Source: Flavobacteriales bacterium (GTDB taxonomy: Bacteria > Bacteroidota > Bacteroidia > Flavobacteriales_F > PHOS-HE28). Taken from it: a stretch of DNA of 32,040 nucleotides. The stretch's first letter is position 1. Each line of letters opens with the position of its first letter. The DNA lies in assembly GCA_044344815.1 (NCBI GenBank), contig JBIJCH010000001.1, positions 1 through 32,040 on the forward strand. Reading direction: 5' to 3'. Both the position numbers and the translations under genes were made by a program. Positions 6,507 through 14,609 of this stretch are shown here, one piece after another. The notes under the pieces are model-generated. The model had not been told where the DNA came from and made no database searches. It worked only from the letters and a program-made list of their open reading frames with translations.

Positions 6507-8711
6507 CAGCTGTTCAGCCCGGGTGGCCGTGGGCAACGCGCCGCCGATGTTCACCAGCACGGGGTCGCGGTCGTTCTGCGGTCCGGTGTACTTCACCACG
6601 CCGTCGAGGTTCACATCCTCCTGCCTGTAGCCGCTGTTGAAGGCCGTGGGCACCGAGCCGCCGATGGCCACAAGCACGGGGTCGCGGTCGTTGTTGGTGC
6701 CGGTGTACCGCAGTGTGCCATCGCGCAGCGCGTTGCCCGCCCACAGCACTTGCTTGCCGCTCATGGTCTTCGTGGCCCCGGAGCCGTAGGTGGTGGTGCT
6801 GTTCGTGGTGAGGTCGACGGTCACCGGCGAGGCCGTGAGCGCCACACCGGCCGCCGTCATCACGTCCAGGTGGTTCCGGTGGCGCAGCACCACGTGGTAG
6901 GTGCCGGCGGGCATGGCGAAGTTCACCGGCGAGGAGCCATCGGTGGCCACCACATCACCGTCGCGCTGGAGCAGGGCGCAGCGCGTGGCGAAGGGCACTG
7001 TCGGGGCGAGCGGCGAGCGCAGCTCCACCTGCACCCAGTCAACGATGGCGTCGTTGCCCGCAACGGAGAGCACACCGGGCGCCACGATCTCACCGCCGCC
7101 GCCGTTCACCCCGGGGAGGCCGAGGCCGGTGTACGGTTCGGCGGCCGGGATCAGCCCCTTGGTGCGCAGGCTGTCGTGCATGAGCGTGGTGGCCGCGTTG
7201 AACGGTCCTTCCAGGAAGGCGCGCACCTGGAGTTTCACTCCCGCCAGTGGCACGTTCAGGTCGGCGGTGATGGGCAGGTGGTCGCTTGCCGCGGTCGCAT
7301 CCCCGCTCTGCAGCCCCAGTGCGGCCAGCGTGGCCGGGGGCATCACCGCCGTGCGAAGGGTGAAGGACTTCGCGAGCGGCGCCACGGCGTCCGTGTACAG
7401 CAGGTGGTCGAGCAGCCCGCTGGGGTAGGCGCTGGCCGTGTTGCGCCAGGTGTACGCCATATGCGCATCGGTCTGGCGGCAGCCCGCGCGGGCCAGGCCC
7501 GAACCGTCCCAGTCCATGGCCCCGTCGGGACCGTACGTGACGTTGTCCTGGATGTCGCCGGCGATCAAGGTGGTGAGCTGCTGCGCCCATCCCACGGTGT
7601 TCAGGTCGCCGGCGTACACCATGGGCGTGCCGGCGGGCACCGTCACCACGCCCCCGGGGCTCTTCGCGTCCTGCACGAACTGCACATAGGCGTCGCACTG
7701 GGCCTGGCGCGTGGCATCGGCGGTGCAGCAGTTGAGGTGCGCGGCGGTGAAGAGCAGGTCGGTGGCGTAGGTGGCGGGCAGGTCGATGAGCGCGGGGAAC
7801 TGGCGTGAGAGACCGGGCCACGACTGCAGGATGGGCCAGCGCGAGGCGATCACCATGTCGAAGTCGTCCTTCACCACGTACCATCCCGCCCCGCCGATCG
7901 GCAGCCAGCTGTCCAACCGGGTCTTCACCTGCGCCGCCGTGCTGGTCACGCACTCGCTGAACCCGATCACGTCGGGGGCGAGGGCCGTGAGCAGCCGCTG
8001 GAACGGGCCCTGCAGCGCGCTGTTCGTGATGCCGTCGCCCAGCACGTTCCAGGCGGTGATGCGCACATGCTGCGGTTGCAGGCGCGCCACGTCGATCGGG
8101 TCCGGCGCGGGCGCGAAGGTGTTGTCGAAGGTGTAGCTGAAGGTGGTGCCGCTGTTGGGCATGGCATCCCCGCCGTCCGTCTCGCGGAAGAGGATGCGGC
8201 AGGTGCCGCCATTGAACAGGTCGTTCACGCCGTCGGGCTTCGCCGTGCGCGCGATCGCGATCTCGAAGCCGGTGGCCGTCACCGTGGGCAATGGCACCAG
8301 GTCGAGCGTGCTCCACGACACGTTCGAGCTGGCGCCGAAGTACTCCGTCACCGTGCGGGTGTCGAAGCGCACCTGCACCTCGGCCCCGTACCCGGTCTGC
8401 ACGGCCGTCCCCGTGGAGGGGTTGTTGTCGCCATCGATGTAAAGGCGGATCGTCTGGGGCACCAGGTCGTCCAGCAGGTCGATCTCGCTGCCCACGGTGA
8501 GCCGGATGTACAGGTGCTTGTCATCATTGGTGACCTGCATGGACAACAGGTCGATGCCCGTGGTGGGGGCGTTGTTGTCCGTGAACGTGGCCAGCCCCGG
8601 CGTCCAGTCTGCGAACCCCCCATCGATCACGATGGGGGCGCCCTGTGCGGAAAGCAGGCTGGGCAGAAGGATCAGGGAGAGCGGAAGGAGCGTGCGGGGA
8701 TGGAGCGGCAT
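6501..8711 (-). CDS. Secreted endonuclease/exonuclease/phosphatase (EEP) fold protein with N-terminal beta-rich domain and C-terminal Ca-binding-like DxDxDG repeats
   Basis: The ORF track lists 6501-8957. A start at ATG 8711 gives the signal peptide MPLHPRTLLPLSLILLPSLLSAQG. EEP-like motifs: VRITAWNVLGDGI, VIGFSEC, YAGDLNT, SDHLPITADL. C-terminal repeat: YTGTNNDRDPVLVAIGG / YTGPQNDRDPVLVNIGG. Confidence 0.75.
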   Translation of the reverse strand: MPLHPRTLLPLSLILLPSLLSAQGAPIVIDGGFADWTPGLATFTDNNAPTTGIDLLSMQVTNDDKHLYIRLTVGSEIDLLDDLVPQTIRLYIDGDNNPSTGTAVQTGYGAEVQVRFDTRTVTEYFGASSNVSWSTLDLVPLPTVTATGFEIAIARTAKPDGVNDLFNGGTCRILFRETDGGDAMPNSGTTFSYTFDNTFAPAPDPIDVARLQPQHVRITAWNVLGDGITNSALQGPFQRLLTALAPDVIGFSECVTSTAAQVKTRLDSWLPIGGAGWYVVKDDFDMVIASRWPILQSWPGLSRQFPALIDLPATYATDLLFTAAHLNCCTADATRQAQCDAYVQFVQDAKSPGGVVTVPAGTPMVYAGDLNTVGWAQQLTTLIAGDIQDNVTYGPDGAMDWDGSGLARAGCRQTDAHMAYTWRNTASAYPSGLLDHLLYTDAVAPLAKSFTLRTAVMPPATLAALGLQSGDATAASDHLPITADLNVPLAGVKLQVRAFLEGPFNAATTLMHDSLRTKGLIPAAEPYTGLGLPGVNGGGGEIVAPGVLSVAGNDAIVDWVQVELRSPLAPTVPFATRCALLQRDGDVVATDGSSPVNFAMPAGTYHVVLRHRNHLDVMTAAGVALTASPVTVDLTTNSTTTYGSGATKTMSGKQVLWAGNALRDGTLRYTGTNNDRDPVLVAIGGSVPTAFNSGYRQEDVNLDGVVKYTGPQNDRDPVLVNIGGALPTATRAEQLP

Positions 8712-8751
8712 GATGGGGGATGTTCCGGTCCCGGTCGAAGCAAAGGTCACG

Positions 8752-10386
8752 CTATTCCGCAGTCGCGGCCTCCAAACGGGTTGGGCGGTACACCGTGTCG
8801 GGTGTGCGCAACGGGTGCACCACGAGCAGTTCGATGAACGGCCTGTCGGTGACCACCACGCGGCCCTGCCCAACGGTGTTGCGCGCCCGCCAAGGCGTGG
8901 AGCGGATGGCCTTGATGTCCCTGCCCGTGCGGTAGAACACGGTGGCATCGGCCGCATGATCGGGATGCACCTGCACGCGGTAAGGCCGCTCGGGCACCAC
9001 CTTCACCGGACCGATGCGCTCGAAGGCCGTCCAAGGTGCGAGGTTGGCCCCCGGAAGCCCCAGGCGAAGCAGCATCCGGGCGGTATCGGGCATGGCCGTT
9101 CCAGGGGCTGTGATCCGGATGCGCAGGTCCTTCATGCGGGTGCGGGGAACGCGGATGCTGATACGGTCCACCGCGGCCTTCATCGGCTGGGCGGAAAGGC
9201 GCCGGAAGCGGCGTTGGAGGGTGTCGCGGGTCGCGACCTCGACCTCCAGCGGCCATGGCAGCGTGTCGCGGGCGATCTCCAGCAGCTCCACCGGCAGGGC
9301 GCTCGGCAGGGTGTGATGCACGGTCCACTGGCTCTTCGCCGCCGTGGACGCACGCCCCTTGCCGCCCGCTCGTCCTGGTGGCCCGGTGGTCCAGTGCGCG
9401 GTGCGTCGTTTCTCCGGGTCGGCGGCGCGCACATCGGGTCGCAGGGAGGCGCTGTCCTGGGCCACCAGGCGTGCGGACGCCTGCCAGCCACGGCGGCGCA
9501 TGTAGGAGCGCTTCTCGTTGTTGGGCCGGTCGGTCGCGTACACGGTCCACAGCCGCATCTGGTCGCGCAGGAGCGGGTCGCCCGTGAGCTCCACCAAGTG
9601 CTGGAGCTGAACGATCTGGTATTGCAGGTAGCCGGCCGTGAGCCCCCCGCCGGAGCGGTCGTACGCGCTCCACTCGGTGCGGTCGTAATGGTCCCAGCAG
9701 CGCCGGAGCGAGGCGAAGCAGCTGTCGCGCACAGCGCATGCAAGGCTGTCATCGGGGAAGCGCCGCCCGTACTCGATCAGGCCCACCAGCGCGTTCAGGA
9801 AGCCGTTGAGCACGTGGCGGTGCTCGGCGCTGTGCGGGTATTCCTCGATCCAGGTCATGCCCTCCATGGTGGTGGACCGGCAGCCGCCCTGCTCCTCGGG
9901 CAGCACCATGAACCAGGCGATGCGCCGCATCAATGGGGCCAGTGAGGTGTCGCCCGTGAGGTGCTCATGGCGCAGCAGCAGGCTCAGCGCCACCCCCTGT
10001 GCCATGCCGCTGTACCAGGGCGCCTTGTGCCGGCCGAAGTCCCAGTCGTACGGGATGGCCGTCCCTTGGCCGTCCGCCCGGCGGTCGGTGCGGGCGGTGT
10101 CCGTGAAGTACCGCACCTGGTCGCGCATCAGGTGGAACCAGGCACTGTCACCAGTGTCCAAGAAGCGCTCATAGGCCAGGATGCCGCCGGTGGCCACGGT
10201 CACCGGATGGTACCGGCCCTCGTGCAGGATGTACCCCTCGGGGCTCAGTGACCGTTCGGAGGCCCTCAACCAGCCCTCTGCGGCGAAGTGCTCGGTGAAG
10301 GAGGTGTACCGCTGCGGGGCTTGGGCACGCAGGTGACCCGCAAGGGCTGGTGCGAGCAGCAGGCATAGGAGGTGGGCGCGGACCAT
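8752..10386 (-). CDS. Secreted D-glucuronyl C5-epimerase-like protein with uncharacterised C-terminal half
   Basis: The ORF track lists 8752-10545. A start at ATG 10386 gives the signal peptide MVRAHLLCLLLAPALAGHLRAQ. KAPWYSGMAQGVALSLLLRHEHLTGD and VLNGFLNALVGLIEY resemble the C5-epimerase C-terminal domain family. 40 nt upstream of the EEP gene, so probably one operon. Confidence 0.6.
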   Translation of the reverse strand: MVRAHLLCLLLAPALAGHLRAQAPQRYTSFTEHFAAEGWLRASERSLSPEGYILHEGRYHPVTVATGGILAYERFLDTGDSAWFHLMRDQVRYFTDTARTDRRADGQGTAIPYDWDFGRHKAPWYSGMAQGVALSLLLRHEHLTGDTSLAPLMRRIAWFMVLPEEQGGCRSTTMEGMTWIEEYPHSAEHRHVLNGFLNALVGLIEYGRRFPDDSLACAVRDSCFASLRRCWDHYDRTEWSAYDRSGGGLTAGYLQYQIVQLQHLVELTGDPLLRDQMRLWTVYATDRPNNEKRSYMRRRGWQASARLVAQDSASLRPDVRAADPEKRRTAHWTTGPPGRAGGKGRASTAAKSQWTVHHTLPSALPVELLEIARDTLPWPLEVEVATRDTLQRRFRRLSAQPMKAAVDRISIRVPRTRMKDLRIRITAPGTAMPDTARMLLRLGLPGANLAPWTAFERIGPVKVVPERPYRVQVHPDHAADATVFYRTGRDIKAIRSTPWRARNTVGQGRVVVTDRPFIELLVVHPLRTPDTVYRPTRLEAATAE

Positions 10387-10442
10387 CGTTCGGTGGACGG
10401 GCCGGAAAGTTGGGGGCGTTGACCGTATCCCGGGGACCGGCC

Positions 10443-10468
10443 TGTAACTTTCGTTCAACCTCCCCGTC
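10443..10468 (+). promoter_or_regulatory. ECF-type promoter TGTAAC-N16-CGTC upstream of the ECF sigma gene (putative autoregulation)
   Basis: TGTAAC 10443-10448, CGTC 10465-10468. 27 nt separate CGTC from ATG 10496. Same motif and spacing recur at 12414, 12946 and 13428. Confidence 0.65.
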
Positions 10469-10495
10469 CCACGCATAGAGGTCCCCCTTCCTCTG

Positions 10496-10984
10496 ATGAC
10501 GGTCAGCGAATACAACACCGCCGTGGACGTGCATGCCGATGGCATCTACCGCTTCGCGCTGAAGCATCTGCGCGACGAGGATGTGGCCAAGGACGTTGTG
10601 CAGGAGAGCTTCGCCCGCCTGTGGATGAAGGTGGAGGAGGTGGACGCATCCAAGGTGAAGAGCTACCTGTTCACCACCGCGCACCACATCATGGTGGACG
10701 AGGTGCGCAAGGGCGGACGCAGCACCCGCATGGAGGAGCACCACGAGGACCTGCAGTACACCTCGCAAGGCGGACAGCCGGACCTGAAGGAGATCCTGGA
10801 CGCGGCGCTGGCCACGCTGCCCGACGTGCAGCGGAGCGTGGTGCTGTTGCGCGACCTGGAGGGGTACACGTACGAGGAGATCGCCGAGCTCACGGGCCTG
10901 AACCTGACGCAGGTGAAGGTGTACATCTACCGCGGGCGAACGGCCTTGAAGGAGTACATCGGAAAATTGGACGTGGTGGTATGA
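10496..10984 (+). CDS. ECF-type RNA polymerase sigma-70 family factor
   Basis: 162 aa. Region 2: DVVQESFARLWMKVEEVD...YLFTTAHHIMVDEVRK. Region 4: VVLLRDLEGYTYEEIAELTGLNLTQVKVYIYRGRTALKEYI. Confidence 0.9.
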   Translation: MTVSEYNTAVDVHADGIYRFALKHLRDEDVAKDVVQESFARLWMKVEEVDASKVKSYLFTTAHHIMVDEVRKGGRSTRMEEHHEDLQYTSQGGQPDLKEILDAALATLPDVQRSVVLLRDLEGYTYEEIAELTGLNLTQVKVYIYRGRTALKEYIGKLDVVV

Positions 10985-12312
10985 ACATCGATCGCGACAA
11001 CTACGAGGCCTGGCTGCTGGACCGCCTGGAAGGGCGGCTCACTGCGGACCAGGAGCGCGCGCTCGATGCGTTCCTCACGGCCAACCCCGACCTGCGGGAA
11101 CAGGCCGATCCGATGGACCTGCCCCGGATCGACGCGGAGCCCATGCGCTTCAGCGGTGCCGATGACCTCAAGCGCGCCATTCCCCCGGTGGGCCTGGTGA
11201 ACGCGGCCACCGTGCAGGACCACCTGATCGCCCGTGGCGAGGGTGACCTGGACCCGCAACAGCGCAAAGCACTGGAGCGGTTCCTCTATGAGCATCCGGA
11301 GCATGAGCGCACCGCGCGTCTGCTGGATGCGAGCAAGGTGGGCCGGGACGAGGTGGCCATGCCCGGCCGGGAGCTCCTGCAGAAGCACTTCCCTCCGCTT
11401 GGCGCGCCCGATCGCGCCCGCATCACCGACTTCCTCATCGCCGCGCACGAGGGCGACCTCGACGCTGCGCGCACCTCGCAGTTGCTTACGCTCGTGGCCT
11501 CCGATGCCGGCCTGCAACATGAGGAGCGCCTGCTGAAGGCATCGCGCGTGCAGCCCGTCGCGGTGGCCTTCCCCAGCAAGGAGCGGCTGAAGAAGCGTGA
11601 GGCCCGGGTGGTGCCGCTGTGGTCCATCGGCGGTGGGGCGGTGCGCTGGGCCGCCGCCGCCAGCGTGCTGCTGCTGCTGGGCCTGGCCTGGTGGACGCTG
11701 CGTGAGGCGCCGCAGGCCGGTGGGGAAGTGGCCGGGAACGAGGTGCCCGCACCAGCGCCCGCACCCCCGGTCAACGGGCGTGAGGCCACCGCCCCGGGTG
11801 AGCCAGCCGTGCCGGTGAACGGTACGCAGGACAGGAACGTGCCTGCCTTACCCGCCACTGCGCCGGCCAAGAGGACGTCCCCGGAACGGGCGGGCGGTGC
11901 ACGCACCATGCCTGCCCCGCAGGAGGTTCCGGTGGAGGAGCCGGCCCTTGCCCAGGTGCCTGTGCCTGCACCGGACCAGGCGCCGAAGCAGACGCTTCCG
12001 GTACCCGTACCCGATGCGGAGCCCATCCTCGTCGCCGAAGTGCCACTGGAGCGGACGGCCCGCGCGCAGGCCGCACCCAAGGCGCTCACCGTGGGCGAGC
12101 TGTTCGCCTCCAACGTGCGCGAGCGTGTGCTCGAGCAGCCCGCCGATGAGCGTCCGCTGGACCGCTCGGACGCGGTGGCCCTTGCGGACAAGGGTCTCAA
12201 AGGCATCACCGGCGGTGCAGGCGGCGTACAGGTGCAGCGCACGTCGAAGCGCGACCGCTTCAAGGTGCGGCTGGGCGAAGGGCTCGCCTTCAGCGGCAGC
12301 ATCGGGCGCTGA
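10981..12312 (+). CDS. Putative anti-sigma factor: three N-terminal helical repeats, one TM helix, Pro/Ala-rich extracytoplasmic tail
   Basis: ATG 10981 overlaps the sigma stop (ATGA), which suggests translational coupling. The ORF track lists an off-target upstream start at 10621 in the same frame. Repeats: LLDRLEGRLTADQERALDAFLTANPDL / LIARGEGDLDPQQRKALERFLYEHPEH / LIAAHEGDLDAARTSQLLTLVASDAGL. TM: AVRWAAAASVLLLLGLAWWTL. Confidence 0.75.
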   Translation: MNIDRDNYEAWLLDRLEGRLTADQERALDAFLTANPDLREQADPMDLPRIDAEPMRFSGADDLKRAIPPVGLVNAATVQDHLIARGEGDLDPQQRKALERFLYEHPEHERTARLLDASKVGRDEVAMPGRELLQKHFPPLGAPDRARITDFLIAAHEGDLDAARTSQLLTLVASDAGLQHEERLLKASRVQPVAVAFPSKERLKKREARVVPLWSIGGGAVRWAAAASVLLLLGLAWWTLREAPQAGGEVAGNEVPAPAPAPPVNGREATAPGEPAVPVNGTQDRNVPALPATAPAKRTSPERAGGARTMPAPQEVPVEEPALAQVPVPAPDQAPKQTLPVPVPDAEPILVAEVPLERTARAQAAPKALTVGELFASNVRERVLEQPADERPLDRSDAVALADKGLKGITGGAGGVQVQRTSKRDRFKVRLGEGLAFSGSIGR

Positions 12313-12413
12313 GACCGCATCCCCGCATCCGTACAAGGCAGTGTCGGCATGGGTCGTCAGGCCGGCCGCTCATCCCGCTACGGCGACCGCTCATCCTGAT
12401 CGGCCCTTCAGCC

Positions 12414-12440
12414 TGTAACTGCGGCTCCCCCGGCCTCGTC
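12414..12440 (+). promoter_or_regulatory. ECF-type promoter TGTAAC-N17-CGTC
   Basis: TGTAAC 12414-12419, CGTC 12437-12440. 29 nt to ATG 12470. The track start ATG 12443 sits only 2 nt after the -10 element, so it is probably upstream of the transcription start. Confidence 0.6.
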
Positions 12441-12469
12441 CCATGCCTACAGACCAACACCACATCGCC

Positions 12470-12838
12470 ATGAAACGCATGATCGCCCGCACCGCCCTGG
12501 CACTCGCAACCGTCGTCCTCACCATGGGGAGCGCCCAGGCCGCAGAGCCCTTCAAGTTCCACGCGCCCACCAAGAGCACCTTGGAGCGCGCGCTCGAACG
12601 CCAGCTGAACAAGCACCTGTCCTACCCGGTGCTCGCCAAGGAGAACATGACCGGCGAGGTCATCGTGAGCTTCGTGGTGAACGCCGCCGGCCGCATCGAG
12701 GTGCTGAGCGCCAGCGGCACCAATGATGCCCTTCGGACCTATGTGCTGGCCAAGCTGGGCCAGGTTGACATCGGCAGCAACCCGCAAGGGCTGTGGAAGA
12801 CCTCGCACATGCGCTTCGTGTTCCGTCCGGAGGCTTGA
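12470..12838 (+). CDS. Small secreted protein with TonB C-terminal-domain-like signature (paralog 1)
   Basis: MKRMIARTALALATVVLTMGSAQA signal peptide. HLSYPVLAKENMTGEVIVSFVVNAAGRIEVL fits the YP..A.....G.V.V.F.V...G pattern of TonB_C. About half the mature residues are identical to the next gene. Confidence 0.75.
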   Translation: MKRMIARTALALATVVLTMGSAQAAEPFKFHAPTKSTLERALERQLNKHLSYPVLAKENMTGEVIVSFVVNAAGRIEVLSASGTNDALRTYVLAKLGQVDIGSNPQGLWKTSHMRFVFRPEA

Positions 12839-12945
12839 GCCTTCGTGACCGGTCATGCAGGAGAGCCCCGGGGGACCGGGGCTCGCTGCGTTCATGGGGA
12901 GCGAGAACAGTTCCCGTCACAACGCCGACCGTTCATCACGCACAG

Positions 12946-12972
12946 CGTAACAGGCGGCCATGGTGGTCCGTC
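12946..12972 (+). promoter_or_regulatory. ECF-type promoter variant CGTAAC-N17-CGTC
   Basis: CGTAAC 12946-12951, CGTC 12969-12972. 28 nt to ATG 13001. Confidence 0.5.
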
Positions 12973-13000
12973 TGAAGGGTGCGACACATCGCCATCCATC

Positions 13001-13357
13001 ATGGACCGCAAGATCATCCGCAGTTCCACGGCCCTGGCGCTCACCATGGGCATGGCCCAGGCCTCCTTCCATGGTCGTTCGGACGCACCCGGGTCCACCC
13101 GTGACCGTGCACTTCAACGGCAGCTGAACCGCCACCTGGTGTATCCGGTGATGGCCGCGCAGGACCTGACCGGCGAGGTGACCGTGAGCTTTGCCGTGCG
13201 GGCCGACGGCCGCCTGGAGGTGATCGAGGCCACGGGCACCAACGCCGCCCTGCGTGCCTGTGTGCTTCAACGGCCGGTGCGCGTGGACATCGGGGAGAAC
13301 ACTGATGGGGTGTGGCGCACCTCGCGCATCCGCTTCGTTCTCCGGCCCGAGGCCTGA
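13001..13357 (+). CDS. Small secreted protein with TonB C-terminal-domain-like signature (paralog 2)
   Basis: The ORF track lists 12845-13357. A start at ATG 13001 gives MDRKIIRSSTALALTMGMAQA. HLVYPVMAAQDLTGEVTVSFAVRADGRLEVI. The C-terminus RIRFVLRPEA mirrors MRFVFRPEA of paralog 1. Confidence 0.75.
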   Translation: MDRKIIRSSTALALTMGMAQASFHGRSDAPGSTRDRALQRQLNRHLVYPVMAAQDLTGEVTVSFAVRADGRLEVIEATGTNAALRACVLQRPVRVDIGENTDGVWRTSRIRFVLRPEA

Positions 13358-13427
13358 ATGTCCGGCCAGGACGCCGTCGGCCCGTTCCCGCATGCGGGGG
13401 CGGGCCGGCGGTCATTTTCGGGGGTGC

Positions 13428-13453
13428 TGTAACTAACCGGTGGGACGCCCGTC
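13428..13453 (+). promoter_or_regulatory. ECF-type promoter TGTAAC-N16-CGTC
   Basis: TGTAAC 13428-13433, CGTC 13450-13453. 26 nt to ATG 13480. Confidence 0.6.
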
Positions 13454-13479
13454 CTACGGTTGAACGCACGACGATCACC

Positions 13480-14463
13480 ATGAAGCCCATCACCCTTCTC
13501 CTTGCACTGGCAGTGGTTCAAGCCAGCGCCCAAACGGACACCGTGCGCGCCGATCCCGTTCCACAGGCACGTCAACAGAGCGTATGGATCGGTATGGCCC
13601 CCGGCAAGGGCGCCGGCGTGCACATCGACGACGGGGATGACGTGCCGGACCAGGACACGATCAGGATCGAGCTCAAGCGCAAGATCCTCACCATCCTGGT
13701 GACACCGAAGGACTCGATGCTGGTGGGCGACACGCTGCAGGAGCACATCGACGACCTGGCCCTTGAACGGCGCAACACGTTCACCTACTGGGCGGGCCTT
13801 GATATCGGCCTCAACAACTGGGTGGGACCCGACGGCAGCGGTGACCTTGACGCTGATGCGGAGTTCATGCAGCTCGATGCGGCCCGCTCGCGCTTCTTCG
13901 CCATCAACTTCATGGAGCAGAAGGTCGAGTTCGGCAGCCACCGGGCGGGCCTGCTCACCGGCCTTGGCCTGGAGTGGACGAGCTACCACCTGATGAACAA
14001 CGTGCACCTGGCCTACGACAACGACTCGGTCTACGGGGTGGAGGTGGACGAGCCGCAATACAGCAAGAACAAGCTGCGCCAGACCGGCATCCGGGTGCCG
14101 CTGCTCTTCGAGTTCAACACCAAGCGGGCGCCGCTGCCCACCACCGCCGCGGAGGTGCGCGCCCTGGAGGCTGCGGGCGGCTACAGCCGCAAGGGGAACT
14201 TCCACATCGCCGTGGGCGTGGTGGGCACCTGGTACTTCGAGACCATGTACAAGCAGAAGTACACGCAGTACGGCGACCGGCAGAAGGACCGCTCGAACGG
14301 GGACTACCACCTGCTGCCTTACCGGGCCGCGGCCACCGTGCGCCTGGGCTGGGGCGGGTTGAACTTCTTCGGCGAATACGCCCTCACCGAACTGTTCGCC
14401 AACGGCAAGGGCCCGTCGCTCACGCCGTTCAACGTCGGACTTACGCTCGTCGGGTTCAACTGA
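13480..14463 (+). CDS. Putative outer-membrane beta-barrel (porin-family-like) protein
   Basis: The ORF track lists 13312-14463. A start at ATG 13480 gives the signal peptide MKPITLLLALAVVQASAQ. Alternating hydrophobic strands with aromatic girdle residues (FAINFMEQKVEF, IRVPLLFEFN, FHIAVGVVGTWYFE, ATVRLGWGGLNFFGEYALTELF) and C-terminal NVGLTLVGFN. Confidence 0.6.
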   Translation: MKPITLLLALAVVQASAQTDTVRADPVPQARQQSVWIGMAPGKGAGVHIDDGDDVPDQDTIRIELKRKILTILVTPKDSMLVGDTLQEHIDDLALERRNTFTYWAGLDIGLNNWVGPDGSGDLDADAEFMQLDAARSRFFAINFMEQKVEFGSHRAGLLTGLGLEWTSYHLMNNVHLAYDNDSVYGVEVDEPQYSKNKLRQTGIRVPLLFEFNTKRAPLPTTAAEVRALEAAGGYSRKGNFHIAVGVVGTWYFETMYKQKYTQYGDRQKDRSNGDYHLLPYRAAATVRLGWGGLNFFGEYALTELFANGKGPSLTPFNVGLTLVGFN

Positions 14464-14519
14464 GCGGAAGGCGGGCACTCCCGCGCAACAAGGGACCTGC
14501 TCGGCCGCCCGATGGGAAG

Positions 14520-14551
14520 GGGCCGTCACCGGCGAGGTCCGGTGGCGGCCC
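14520..14551 (+). terminator. GC-rich hairpin downstream of the beta-barrel gene (13-bp stem with one G-U pair, 6-nt loop)
   Basis: GGGCCGTCACCGG cgaggt CCGGTGGCGGCCC, paired base by base by hand. No strong U-tract follows. Confidence 0.5.
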
Positions 14552-14578
14552 TGTGCGTTCCGGGTCGATGATCCGGCC

Positions 14579-14586
14579 TATTTTCG
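14579..14586 (+). promoter_or_regulatory. Candidate -7 box TATTTTCG upstream of the YebC-family gene
   Basis: 23 nt upstream of ATG 14610. Variant of TAnnTTTG. Confidence 0.4.
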
Positions 14587-14609
14587 CGGTCGTCAAAGCG
14601 AACGCACCC

